This document shows positions 26,915-36,589 of a stretch of 64,000 bases of DNA, in pieces. The translations under genes were made by a program, and so were the position numbers. Origin of the DNA: Candidatus Fervidibacter canadensis (lineage in GTDB: Bacteria > Armatimonadota > Fervidibacteria > Fervidibacterales > Fervidibacteraceae); assembly GCA_041446545.1 (NCBI GenBank), contig JBGOEJ010000004.1:59181-123180 (forward strand), read 5' to 3'. A model generated the notes under the pieces. That model worked only from the letters and a program-made list of their open reading frames with translations. It searched no databases and was not told the origin of the DNA. Position 1 is the first letter of the stretch. Each line of letters begins with the position of its first letter.

Positions 26915-28894
26915 CTAAAGTCCTTCGTCCCGCCAGAGAGGTGGCGGTAATTTCCTGCGGACTCGCTCTCTCCACGCCCGCAAAACTTCAGCGACGCTCC
27001 ATGCCTGAGCAAAGCAGCCGCGTGGTTCATGAGGTGGGTCGCCGTCAAAAATTTCCGCCACCTGCCCGACACATCCTTCCCGCAAATGCCGCCGCAGAAA
27101 CGCTTCCAACAACGGACGCACTTTTTGCCGCACCGCTTCGTCCCCTTCCACCTGCGCAACGGCATCGGCGTAAGCACCGAACCACCACGCCCAAACCGTC
27201 CCTTGATGATAAGCGGCATCACGGACTTCAGGCGGACCAAGGTAACGCCCGCAGTAGCGAGGGTCATCGGGAGAAAGCGTCCGCAAGCCGCAAGGCGTCA
27301 GCAATTTCGCCTCCACGCACCGCAACACTGCCTTCGCCTTTTCGGACGAAAGGAGCGGGAAGGGCAACGCAAGTGCCAGCAATTGATTGCACCGAACGGA
27401 TGGGTCGGGGGTGCCGTCGGGAGCGATGGCGTCAAAGAGGCAACCTGCCGAAGGGTTCCAAAAAGTCGGTTCAAAGTTTTGCCGTGCTTTCTTTGCCCAA
27501 CTTTTTGCCGTCCGTTCCATCAACCCATCGCCCAACTCGGCAGCGAGATGGGCAAGGATGAGAAGAGCGTTGCACCAAAGGGCGTTGACTTCCACGGGCT
27601 TACCCATGCGGGGCGTGACAGGAACACCGTTGACTTTTGCGTCCATCCAAGTGAGGGCTTCGCCTTGCGCCTGCCAACGCAGCAAGCCATCTTTCGGGTC
27701 AGCGCCAATGCCGTCCCGCGTCCCACGCAAATGCCAATCCACAATCTCCCGCAAAGGTCGCCAAAAGTGCGCCCGCAAGGTCGCAAAGTCACGGGTGTAA
27801 CGCAGGTAGCGGTAAAGGGCGAGGACAAACCAGAGGGTGGCATCTACGGTGTTATATGCTGGCGGGTCACCGCTTTCAGGGAAAAAGTTGGGCACCAACC
27901 CGTCAGAAAGGTGGCGGGCAAAGGTCAGCAAAATCTCGCGGGCAACTTCAAAGCGTCCCGTCACGAGGGTCAAGCCTGTCAAGGCGATCAAGGCATCCCG
28001 CCCCCAATCGGTGAACCAAGGGTAGCCTGCGATGACCGTGCGAGTGCCCGACGACGAACGCAGAGCGATGAAGGCTTCCGCCGCCCGCCTCAAAACCTTC
28101 GTCAACTCGTCATCATCACCCACCATTCGCCATCGTCTCCGCTTCTCCGCCTCCCATTCCGCTACCTCCGCAATATCGGATGGTTCTACGGATGCCACGA
28201 TGTCCAAATGCCCATCATTGCCCTCCCAACCCTTGACGATCGTGCCGACGCAAAAGAGCGACTCGGTGTCATCCAACCCTCGCTCCGCTTCTATCGGCAG
28301 CCAAAAGTTGTGCCACCAGTTGCCATCAGGCAAAAACAAATCGCCGTTGTGGGCAAAGTAGCAAAGGGCTTGACCGTTGGCGCTGATGGCGAAACCGTTT
28401 TCGGTCGGGACGATGGAAAAGGGCACGACGGGGCGCATTGTCCAATGGTGGTCGCGCCAAGCAACGAACAATCGGATGCGCAAGGTAATGGGCGAGGAAG
28501 CGCAGACGAAGTAACGCAGGGCGACGGCGTTGCGCAAATAGGGCATGAAGAGGCGTTTGACAATGAGGGCGCAAGGCAAACGGTAACGCCATTGAGGACA
28601 CCAGTCCAGCGAGAAACTTTCTAAGGGCGTCCAAGCCGTCATTGTCCCATCCCGAAAAAGGTGAGCGGTGAGAGGGAAGGTGTTTTTGCCGTCGCTCGCT
28701 TGCTCGTCGGCGGCGGCGAACAGCAAGGTGCGTCCTATCGGCGGGCGCAAAGCGGCGACAAGCAAGCCATGATAGCGGCGGGTTCGGATGCCGCTGACGG
28801 TGCCGCAGGCGTAACCGCCCAAGCCGTTCGTCTCCAGCCACTCTAACTGCGTCGCTGTTTTTAATGCCAAGTCGGTGAAAGTCAGCGCTGCCAT
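26915..28894 (-). CDS. Glycogen debranching enzyme / amylo-alpha-1,6-glucosidase (GDE_N + GDE_C)
   Basis: TNGLGGYACGTVSGIRTRRYHGLLVAAL N-terminal motif and GYPWFTDWGRDALI catalytic-domain motif. Start trimmed to ATG 28894 (MAALTF...). Confidence 0.85.
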   Translation of the reverse strand: MAALTFTDLALKTATQLEWLETNGLGGYACGTVSGIRTRRYHGLLVAALRPPIGRTLLFAAADEQASDGKNTFPLTAHLFRDGTMTAWTPLESFSLDWCPQWRYRLPCALIVKRLFMPYLRNAVALRYFVCASSPITLRIRLFVAWRDHHWTMRPVVPFSIVPTENGFAISANGQALCYFAHNGDLFLPDGNWWHNFWLPIEAERGLDDTESLFCVGTIVKGWEGNDGHLDIVASVEPSDIAEVAEWEAEKRRRWRMVGDDDELTKVLRRAAEAFIALRSSSGTRTVIAGYPWFTDWGRDALIALTGLTLVTGRFEVAREILLTFARHLSDGLVPNFFPESGDPPAYNTVDATLWFVLALYRYLRYTRDFATLRAHFWRPLREIVDWHLRGTRDGIGADPKDGLLRWQAQGEALTWMDAKVNGVPVTPRMGKPVEVNALWCNALLILAHLAAELGDGLMERTAKSWAKKARQNFEPTFWNPSAGCLFDAIAPDGTPDPSVRCNQLLALALPFPLLSSEKAKAVLRCVEAKLLTPCGLRTLSPDDPRYCGRYLGPPEVRDAAYHQGTVWAWWFGAYADAVAQVEGDEAVRQKVRPLLEAFLRRHLREGCVGQVAEIFDGDPPHEPRGCFAQAWSVAEVLRAWRERVRRKLPPPLWRDEGL

Positions 28895-28953
28895 CAACCA
28901 TCGCCCTTTTTCGGCAAGATGCGTCGCAAAATTGTGGCGGAAGGTGACCGTTG

Positions 28954-29745
28954 ATGTTGACGCGCACTTTTTTGCATTTCCCGCAGGTCGGCGAGCGGCG
29001 GGAGCGAGCCTTGTGGCGGTTTGGCTTTTGCGATTGGCATGCCATCGTCCGTTCCGTTGCGCCATCGCCTTGGCGCCACTTGTGGGATGAGTGGCAGCGG
29101 GAAGCGGAAGCATCGTTGGAGGCGTATGAAGTGGGTAACGCCGCTTACTTTGCGATGCGGTTGCCCAAATCGGCATGGTGGCGCGCCATCCCTGATTTTG
29201 TCCATCGGGCTGTTTTTCTGGATGTGGAGACGGACGGGACGCACCGCATCACCGTGCTGGGCATCGCCGACAGCGAGGGCTATCGCGCCTTCGTTCGGGG
29301 GCAAGACAACTTTGACGAAGCAAGGGAACGGTTGGAGTCGGCAAAAATGCTCGTCACTTATGGCGGCAGCCACTTTGACTTGCCCGTCTTGCGGGCAAAC
29401 TTTCCCGATTGGCAACTGCCCCCCTTGCACCTTGACCTTTGCCCGCTGCTGCGCCGTTTGGGTTTGCGGGGTGGGTTGAAAGCCGTAGAGCGACAAGTGG
29501 GATTATCTCGCTCGCCCCAAACGGACGGGTTGAACGGTTGGGATGCCGTTCACCTTTGGTGGCGCTATGTGGATGGCGGCGATGAGCGAGCCCTGCAGAC
29601 CCTTTTGTGCTACAACCGAGAAGATGTCATGCCCTTGCCGACGCTGTTGGCGTTGGCTTACGAACGACTTTGGGCACAAACTTTGAAGGCATCGCAACAG
29701 ACATTTTTGCCGATGATGGGCAGTAAGGAAAGGCGGACGGGGTAA
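28954..29745 (+). CDS. RNase H-like 3'-5' exonuclease-fold protein (YprB/COG3359-like)
   Basis: VFLDVETDG (ExoI-like), TYGGSHFDLPVL, YNREDV. SD GGAAGGTGA precedes ATG 28954. Confidence 0.6.
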   Translation: MLTRTFLHFPQVGERRERALWRFGFCDWHAIVRSVAPSPWRHLWDEWQREAEASLEAYEVGNAAYFAMRLPKSAWWRAIPDFVHRAVFLDVETDGTHRITVLGIADSEGYRAFVRGQDNFDEARERLESAKMLVTYGGSHFDLPVLRANFPDWQLPPLHLDLCPLLRRLGLRGGLKAVERQVGLSRSPQTDGLNGWDAVHLWWRYVDGGDERALQTLLCYNREDVMPLPTLLALAYERLWAQTLKASQQTFLPMMGSKERRTG

Positions 29746-30899
29746 TGAAGAGGCTTTCGGTTTGGCAATGGGCATGTGCCTTAGCCGTCTTCATGGACTT
29801 TGCGGGTGCCTTGGTCGGCGTGGCGACAGCCATGTTGGCAGTGCAATGGAAGGCAAGCCCTACCACCTTGGGCATCATCGGGGCAGCAGGACCGCTGGGC
29901 TATACCATCGGTTGCTTCCTCTTTCAACCCCTCACCGACGCTTGGGGACGAAAACGCAGCATGCTCATCAGTAGCGTTGGCGTCCTGTCGCTGTGCGGCA
30001 TGTTGGCAGGCATCAGCGTGACCCAATGGGTGACAGCGTTGGGCATGTTGAACTGCCTGAACGGGCTTTGCTTAGCCCTCTTTTGGCCACCCACTCAAGC
30101 ATCGGCAGGAGTGGGCATTTCGTCGTCTCGCTTGCTTTATGCCTTGCTGGCTTACAACCTATCGTGGAGCGGCGTTCGGACCGTTGGGACGGCAATCGTT
30201 GGGACGCTTTTTGAGCGACATCCTGCCCTCCCTTTCCTTCTGGCGACCATGAGTGTCTTGGTCGTCATGCTGATAGCGTTGAGGCTTCCTTCCGAGGTGG
30301 ATATGCCCTCAACGCCCAAAGAAATCGCCGACGACCCATTGCCTCCCGACGAATTGGTGGTTGGAGCGCAGTTAGGCAACTTGGTGCGTTCCTTCGCCTT
30401 CTTTGAGACAATCGTCCTCTTCACGGAATTGGGCAAGCGTTGGGGTTGGACTCCCGGGGAAGTGAGCCAAGTTTTGGCGTTTCTGAACGGAGGTCAATGG
30501 TTGGCGTTCATCGTGGCACCGAAGTTGCTTCGGCGGGTCGGATGGCGGTGGGTCGTTGGGGCACAAGGGAGCGTCGCCTTTTCTGCCTTGCTGCTGGGCT
30601 TGCTAAGAGACCGAATGGCACTGGGCATCGTTTTATTTGCGCTGGGGTTTGCGGCGGGGTTGGTGACCATCATTAGCCTTTACCTGTCCATCCTTTCGCA
30701 GGGTCGGAGCGTGAAAGGGAGCGCTCGCCACGAAGCCGGGGTCGGAGCGGGGGCAGTGCTCGGTCCGCTTTTGGGCGGTTGGGTGTTGCAGCATCACACC
30801 GCCTTCACTGCCTTCCTTCTGCCCTCCCTACTTGCCACCTTCATCCTTTCTGCCGCCCTCTGGCGAAAGAGGCGTTTTGCCCGCACCTCTGTGCAGTGA
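29745..30899 (+). CDS. MFS transporter
   Basis: About 12 hydrophobic segments. MFS motif-A-like TDAWGRKRSML between TM2 and TM3. Confidence 0.7.
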   Translation: MKRLSVWQWACALAVFMDFAGALVGVATAMLAVQWKASPTTLGIIGAAGPLGYTIGCFLFQPLTDAWGRKRSMLISSVGVLSLCGMLAGISVTQWVTALGMLNCLNGLCLALFWPPTQASAGVGISSSRLLYALLAYNLSWSGVRTVGTAIVGTLFERHPALPFLLATMSVLVVMLIALRLPSEVDMPSTPKEIADDPLPPDELVVGAQLGNLVRSFAFFETIVLFTELGKRWGWTPGEVSQVLAFLNGGQWLAFIVAPKLLRRVGWRWVVGAQGSVAFSALLLGLLRDRMALGIVLFALGFAAGLVTIISLYLSILSQGRSVKGSARHEAGVGAGAVLGPLLGGWVLQHHTAFTAFLLPSLLATFILSAALWRKRRFARTSVQ

Positions 30900-31034
30900 C
30901 CCGACGAAAGTCAGATTTGTAGGGAACGAAGGGCAGTGTCATGCTTAAGGGTGTAAGACATCGCTGAAGGAGGAGGTGAAGGGGCGCTTCCCTGCGTCGC
31001 CAAAAGGCGACGAGGCATCAGCGCTCTCTTGTCC

Positions 31035-31967
31035 ATGAGGGGGCAAAATTTCGTCCCATTTCAGTTGGGCGTCGTGCAATTCATGGCGTTTCCGAACACT
31101 GACCAAGACCCCGAAGCGCTGCTCGCTTCTTTGCGGGCATTGGCACTGGACGATGCCTTCTCGCTGGTGGAACTGACCAAGATGCCTGATGAGGCGACAC
31201 GGGAGAGAGTGCGAAGGTTGCTGGAGGCAGCGCATCTTGACTGCGCCTTTGCCGCAACGCCCGTCATCTTGCGAAGGCAGTTGAACCCATCAGCGACCGA
31301 CACCGCCACGCGCCGTCATGCCCTTGAGATTTTGATGGCGTGTCTGGACGAAGCCATCGCCCTCAACGCCCGCACCTTCGTCCTAATGAGTGGTCCCTTT
31401 GGCGGCGATGAGGCGGGCGAGTTAAACGCCTTTGTCCAAACCCTCAATGACCTTTGCGCTTACGCTGCCGACCATGCCCAAGGAGAACCGATGTGGATTT
31501 TGGTGGAGCAATTTGACCGCGAGGTGGACAAAAGAACCCTCATCGGTCCCAGTTCATTGGCGCGGGTGCTGGCAGAAAGGGTGCGGGCAAATCACCCTCA
31601 CTTCGGCTTGCTCGTTGACCTGAGCCATTTGCCTTTGCTGAAGGAAGCACCCGAAGATTGCCTGTCAGAGTTGCTGGGCGATTTCGTCTTTCATGTCCAT
31701 TTGGGAAATTGTGTTCTGGACGCCACTGACCCACTTTATGGCGACCAACATCCGCCCTTCGGATATCCGAAAGGGGAAAACGATGTCCCGCAAGTGCGCG
31801 TCTTTCTGGAGGCGTTGCATTACAGCGGTTACTTCCATCGCCCCGGTCCCTTTGGAGTGCCCAGCCTCAGTTTTGAAGTGAAGCCGTTGCCTGACCAAGA
31901 GCCACTTATCGTTTTGGCGAATGCCAAGCGAGTCCTTTGGCAAGCGTGGCGGAGTGTGGGGCAGTAA
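31035..31967 (+). CDS. Xylose-isomerase-like TIM-barrel protein (sugar phosphate isomerase/epimerase family)
   Basis: Weak by-eye similarity (..VDLSHLPL.., HVHLGNCV metal-ligand-like His). Start is ATG 31035 or TTG 31029. Confidence 0.5.
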   Translation: MRGQNFVPFQLGVVQFMAFPNTDQDPEALLASLRALALDDAFSLVELTKMPDEATRERVRRLLEAAHLDCAFAATPVILRRQLNPSATDTATRRHALEILMACLDEAIALNARTFVLMSGPFGGDEAGELNAFVQTLNDLCAYAADHAQGEPMWILVEQFDREVDKRTLIGPSSLARVLAERVRANHPHFGLLVDLSHLPLLKEAPEDCLSELLGDFVFHVHLGNCVLDATDPLYGDQHPPFGYPKGENDVPQVRVFLEALHYSGYFHRPGPFGVPSLSFEVKPLPDQEPLIVLANAKRVLWQAWRSVGQ

Positions 31968-31968
31968 G

Positions 31969-32502
31969 TTAGAAGCCCAAATTGAGCGCTAGCAAAGCAC
32001 CCGTGTTGAACTTAGAACTGCCGACTTGATAGCGCAACTCCAAACCTAACCGCCGCTGCCACGCCCAACCGATGCCGACCGTGCCCGCAGCCCGAATGCG
32101 AGTCGTCTTGTTGCCCATATCCTCCACGCGGCTCCAAAGGGGACCGATGCCAGCAGTCCAGTAAAAGTGGCTCTTTCCTTCACGGTCAGCGGAAGCCCCT
32201 TGCCGAACCACTGCCAGCAAATCCACTTGGGTCACTTTAGACTGGGTGTTGCTGTTTTTGCGCCCCGTCCAATCCAGAAGGAGCGCCAAAGGGGTTTCCC
32301 CTTCGCCTGCATGAAGCGAATAGGTCAAGGCGACATACGGCCAGGTGCTTTTGATTTGCCGCCGAACGCCGCTGGAAGTCGGACGCCACGCTCCCAACTG
32401 CAGCCCGACCCGACTTCCTTCCCCATTCTCTTGTTCGGCTGCCCACGCGCCGCAAAGGAGACAGACCGATAACCCTAACACCATCAGCAGGCACCGCGCC
32501 AT
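31969..32502 (-). CDS. Small outer-membrane beta-barrel protein (OmpA-like 8-strand/PF13505-like)
   Basis: Signal peptide MARCLLMVLGLSVCLLCGAWA, alternating hydrophobic strands, C-terminal ...LNLGF (terminal Phe). SD AAGGAGG. Paralogous to the next gene. Confidence 0.6.
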   Translation of the reverse strand: MARCLLMVLGLSVCLLCGAWAAEQENGEGSRVGLQLGAWRPTSSGVRRQIKSTWPYVALTYSLHAGEGETPLALLLDWTGRKNSNTQSKVTQVDLLAVVRQGASADREGKSHFYWTAGIGPLWSRVEDMGNKTTRIRAAGTVGIGWAWQRRLGLELRYQVGSSKFNTGALLALNLGF

Positions 32503-32631
32503 GCTGAATCGCCTCCTTGCTTTCGGATTTGCCCCACACTCCGCCGTTTGCTTTAGCGCTGTGCCTGCCTTTTGAGTTCCGTCGGAAGGTTTTCAGTGGA
32601 GGGCGTGAGACGGGCGAAGGGCGGCAAGGGG

Positions 32632-33120
32632 TTAGAAGCGAAAGTTCACTGTCGCCACAAAACCGTTGACCTCCTTGAAGCCCCCGACTTGATAGCGCAC
32701 CTGCAATTCCACCCGAGGGGTCAGGGCATAAGCGACCCCAACGGTTCCGCCCAATCGGGTGCGGGTGCGGTCAACACCGGCTGCGGTAACTTTGGCGTTG
32801 ACAATGCCCAAGCCCGCCAGCAAGTCCAACTTGGGAGCATAGTTTTGGCGGGAGTTGACAAACAGCGAGAACATGCGGACTTTGTTGTTGGTGTCCGAAC
32901 CTTCACTGTAGTCCAAACTCACGGTGCCGATGGTCGGAAGGTAACGCTCTGCGCCGAAGTAGACCCAGAAGTTTGTCGTAGCGTTTCGGACGGAACTGGA
33001 ACTGGGATACCAAACGCCCAGCCGAAATGCCCAGTTTTGGGCTTGCGGCTCTTGTTGGGCGGCAGCAGGGAGCACTGCTGCCAAGGCTAACGCTGCCACA
33101 CTGATCATCCGTCGCCACAT
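32632..33120 (-). CDS. Small outer-membrane beta-barrel protein, paralogue of 31969-32502
   Basis: Signal peptide ...ALALAAVLPAAAQQ. Shared motifs LGVWYPSSSSVR / GTVGVAY...ELQVRYQVGG. C-terminal NFRF. Confidence 0.6.
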   Translation of the reverse strand: MWRRMISVAALALAAVLPAAAQQEPQAQNWAFRLGVWYPSSSSVRNATTNFWVYFGAERYLPTIGTVSLDYSEGSDTNNKVRMFSLFVNSRQNYAPKLDLLAGLGIVNAKVTAAGVDRTRTRLGGTVGVAYALTPRVELQVRYQVGGFKEVNGFVATVNFRF

Positions 33121-33139
33121 CCGTCAACCCCTCCTTTTG

Positions 33140-34597
33140 TCAAGTGGCGGCACTTTCCGCACCGCTTCGTAGCCATGCGACCGCCCTTCGCAACCGTCCC
33201 ACGCACCGCTCCTTGCCCAACACTGCCATCAAATGGAAAAGGCTCGGTCCTTCCATCCGTCCCGTCAAAGCGGCACGGGTCGGATGAATGACTTCCGCCG
33301 CTTTGATGCCTCGCTCCGCCGCCAACTGCCGCACTGTCCTTTCCACTTCTTCCCCATCAAACCCTTCCAACCTTTCCAGTCGGTTAGACAGTTCCCAGAG
33401 CAATTCAGCAACCCCTTCCTTGCTCAAGCGCGCCCTTGCCTTTTCGTCGTAACTTTCTGGCTCACGGTAGAAAAACTCCGCCAACTCTACGGCTTCTTGC
33501 AGCGTTCGCATCCGCTCCTGCACCAATGGTGTCACTTGTATCAGGTAGCGCCATTCCTCATCCGTCGGCGGGTTATGAAGCCAACCCTGTTCGGCAAAGT
33601 AGGGCACTAAAAAATGCGCCAGTTCGTCCACAGGTTTTTGGCGGATGTAGTGTCCGTTCATCCAGAGCAACTTCTCCAAGTCAAAGATTGCCCCTGATGC
33701 CTTGACCTCCCGCAGGTCAAACTCAGCGATTAACTCCTCTCGGCTTTTGATTTCCCGCTGGTCTCTCGGATACCAGCCCAGCAATGCCAAAAAGTTGACC
33801 ATCGCTTCGGGCAAGATGCCCATCCGCCGATACTCGCTGAGTGAAACCGCCCCGTGCCTTTTGCTCAACTTGCTTCGGTCAGGTCCAAGCAACAAAGGCA
33901 AGTGAGCAAATTGAGGTGGCTCGTAACCTAAGGCGGCGTAAAGGTGCAATTGGCGGGGCGTGTTGGAGATGTGGTCTTCGCCCCGAATGACATGGGTGAT
34001 GCCCATCGCATGGTCATCCACGACGCAAGCGAAGTTGTAAGTCGGAAAGCCATCGCTCTTGACGATGATGAAATCGTCCAACTCGCGGTTGGCGAACCGA
34101 ATTTCCCCTCGGATGATGTCGCGAAAACGAATCTCGCCTTCCAACGGCATCGCAAACCGCAAGACGAATGGTCGCCCCTCTTTCATCAACCGCTCCCGCT
34201 CTTCGGGTGACAACCGACGGCATCGTCGGTCGTATTTGGGCGTGATGCCTTTTGCCAACATCTCTTGCCGTCGTCGCTCCAACTCTTCAGGCGGGCAGAA
34301 ACACGGGTAGGCTTTGCCCATTTCCAACAGCCGTTGCGCTTCCTGCCGATACAACTCCAATCGCTGCGACTGATAGACGATGGGTTCATCCCAGTCCAGT
34401 CCCAGCCACTGCAAGCCCTCAATGATGTCCCGCTCGAACTCAGGCTTACTGCGTTCCCGATCGGTGTCCTCAATGCGCAGCAAAAACTTGCCACCTTCCT
34501 TGCGGGCGAACAACCAATTGAACAGCGCCGTCCGCGCCGTCCCGACATGCAAGGAGCCTGTCGGCGATGGGGCGATGCGCACCCGAACTTTGCTCAA
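33140..34597 (-). CDS. gltX: Glutamate--tRNA ligase
   Basis: IAPSPTGSLHVGTARTALFNWLFA (HIGH) and KLSKRHG (KMSKS). TTG start; its SD GAGGTGA overlaps the upstream gene's stop. Confidence 0.95.
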   Translation of the reverse strand: MSKVRVRIAPSPTGSLHVGTARTALFNWLFARKEGGKFLLRIEDTDRERSKPEFERDIIEGLQWLGLDWDEPIVYQSQRLELYRQEAQRLLEMGKAYPCFCPPEELERRRQEMLAKGITPKYDRRCRRLSPEERERLMKEGRPFVLRFAMPLEGEIRFRDIIRGEIRFANRELDDFIIVKSDGFPTYNFACVVDDHAMGITHVIRGEDHISNTPRQLHLYAALGYEPPQFAHLPLLLGPDRSKLSKRHGAVSLSEYRRMGILPEAMVNFLALLGWYPRDQREIKSREELIAEFDLREVKASGAIFDLEKLLWMNGHYIRQKPVDELAHFLVPYFAEQGWLHNPPTDEEWRYLIQVTPLVQERMRTLQEAVELAEFFYREPESYDEKARARLSKEGVAELLWELSNRLERLEGFDGEEVERTVRQLAAERGIKAAEVIHPTRAALTGRMEGPSLFHLMAVLGKERCVGRLRRAVAWLRSGAESAAT

Positions 34598-34603
34598 CTT
34601 TGG

Positions 34604-35326
34604 TCACCTCACCCCTGCTTTGCCATCCGTTCCAAGGCGTCTAATAAACTGTGCCACACGGTCTCGCCAAGTCTGAAAGTGCCCTTCAGGGTTGTCTTGC
34701 GGATAGTCGCCTTCATACCAAAAACGAACATGCAAAGCGTTGATGAACTCCCGAAATTCGCTTTGGAAAGGCTCAGGCAATTGCCCCCGCAAGACGCCCC
34801 ATCGGCTCTCTTGCGTGTTCAAAAACGCCATCGCCCCCCTCCGCGCCGCCTCAAAAAGCCAGTTGTATGCGCTGTGCCACCGACTGTCGGCATGCCACGC
34901 ATCTTGCGAACGCATCGCCTCTTGGGCATCCATTTCGGCTTCCCTGACCGTCCGTCGGGCGTCGTCAAAGGATGGGATGGGCATGTCTTTTGTCACCTCC
35001 CAAAGCCATCTTTCGTCACCCCACAAGACTTTCCCGAAGGCTTTGACCGCCCCTGAAAGCCCTCTCACCTTCTCCCCCACCCTGCAGACGACGACATCCA
35101 CCTCCCACCCTCGGGCAACTTGCAAGGCTGCCTCTTGATAACGCTGGCGCTCCTTTGGGTCACCCGTGATGACGAGAAAGTCAAGGTCTCTGGCAAGGTC
35201 AGGAGCATAAACGGCGGAACCGAACAAAATCACCGCCACCAAATCAGCATCAACATCCCGAAAGGTTTGAACGATGGCGGAAAGCAAATCGTCGGTGATG
35301 GCAGGCAAAGTCCTGACTTGGCTCAT
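34604..35326 (-). CDS. Nucleotidyltransferase-domain + HEPN-like helical domain protein (second single-chain NTase-HEPN)
   Basis: VILFGSAVYAPDLARDLDFLVI NTase motif. C-terminal helical domain with REFINALH (Rx6H-like) and HVRFWYEGDYP resembling PF05168-type HEPN. Stop lies 6 nt before the gltX start. Confidence 0.55.
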   Translation of the reverse strand: MSQVRTLPAITDDLLSAIVQTFRDVDADLVAVILFGSAVYAPDLARDLDFLVITGDPKERQRYQEAALQVARGWEVDVVVCRVGEKVRGLSGAVKAFGKVLWGDERWLWEVTKDMPIPSFDDARRTVREAEMDAQEAMRSQDAWHADSRWHSAYNWLFEAARRGAMAFLNTQESRWGVLRGQLPEPFQSEFREFINALHVRFWYEGDYPQDNPEGHFQTWRDRVAQFIRRLGTDGKAGVR

Positions 35327-35434
35327 CGCTCTCCCCGACCTTGTTTTTGGGTTCAGAGAAAGTTTGGCAGGACTGTCTTTTAGGGATTGCGCTGCAGCGA
35401 CAAGACGAGCGACATCTTCGTCACAATCTGGGCG

Positions 35435-36589
35435 TTAGCAAAGGTTGGCTAATTGGCAGAGGGCTTGAACTTGATAGAAGGCGTCAGGGATTTGGCGGGC
35501 TAAGGAAAGGGCGCTGGACAAATCGGTGCGACCTAAGGCGATGGCGATGTCCGCTAACGCCGAAGACCGTTCCTGAAGGTCGTGAATTTGTTCGGCAACT
35601 TCCAATGCCGTCTCAGCGTCTCGCTCAGCAAGGACGGCGGCGATGTCACCAAAAGTCCAGTCACGCCAATCGCGGTCACGAATTTGGCGCGCCCAATTGA
35701 GCGCTTGCTCGCCGTCTAACCGTGCCATCACCGTCGCTAAGTTGCGCCATACTGACGCTTGTCGGTCGGGGTCTTTCACCTTGCGGGCGATGTCAGCGGC
35801 TTTTGCCAAAAGGGCTTTTGCCCGCTCCGCTTCGTTGCGAGCGAGCAAGGCTTGGGCGATCACACCGTAAGCGACGGCTTTTCGGTCAGGAAAAGGTTGC
35901 ATCTCCGCAAGCGCCAAGGCTTGCTCTATGTCAAGGGCACTCAGCGTTTCAATCAAGTCATCCAGCACTATCGCTTTTTCTTCGGCGTCCCGCAACCGCT
36001 TCGCCAATTCCGATGCCTGTTGCGCAACCGCCTTTGCCCGCAACGCATCAAACGATGAAAGGGTTCGGGCGATGGCAGTGAGGGCGGAAGCGCGCTGAGC
36101 GATGTTTTGGATTTGGTCGGCAAGTTTCAAGGCTTCGTCGGCGTCTACAAGCGCCCACGCTTCCGCGACGGCTGCCATCGCTTCATCACGGCTGTCGGGG
36201 TCGCGAATACTTTGGGCGATGCGCAGGGCATCGTGCAGAAACCGAAGTGCCGTCCTTTTGTCATGCTCCATTAATCGTTCAACGGCATCGGTGAGGGCGA
36301 GCACTTGCGTCGTCTCACTGGGCAAATCCATCGCCAACTGATAAGCCTGCTCGGCGTCCACAGCGGCAAAGGCATTGATGACGGTCAGCAGCACTGAGAG
36401 TTGCCATGGCGGGTCATCAATTTGGCGGACAAAACGCAAGGCATCGTCCAAAAGCGCCAGTGCTTGCGCTCGGTCGTGGGGCGCCAAAGCGGAAGCGATT
36501 TGGCTGAGCGCTAACGCTTTTTCATCAGGTTCAGCGATTTGCCGCGCCGCCTGAACGGCTTCGGCGAACAGGTTTGCCAATTGGCTCAT
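35435..36589 (-). CDS. Alpha-helical (HEAT/TPR-like solenoid) repeat protein, unknown function
   Basis: About 10-11 degenerate ~33-37-aa repeats of the form I.D(P)...A.AL..IA.AL...D.E.AL.LA. Ala/Leu/Asp-rich, no TM or signal peptide. Confidence 0.55.
   Translation of the reverse strand: MSQLANLFAEAVQAARQIAEPDEKALALSQIASALAPHDRAQALALLDDALRFVRQIDDPPWQLSVLLTVINAFAAVDAEQAYQLAMDLPSETTQVLALTDAVERLMEHDKRTALRFLHDALRIAQSIRDPDSRDEAMAAVAEAWALVDADEALKLADQIQNIAQRASALTAIARTLSSFDALRAKAVAQQASELAKRLRDAEEKAIVLDDLIETLSALDIEQALALAEMQPFPDRKAVAYGVIAQALLARNEAERAKALLAKAADIARKVKDPDRQASVWRNLATVMARLDGEQALNWARQIRDRDWRDWTFGDIAAVLAERDAETALEVAEQIHDLQERSSALADIAIALGRTDLSSALSLARQIPDAFYQVQALCQLANLC

Noticed and set aside
27029-28624. 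531-aa plus-strand ORF antisense to the glycogen debranching enzyme gene
   Set aside because: Arg/Pro-rich nonsense-like translation. The minus strand has clear GDE_N/GDE_C motifs.
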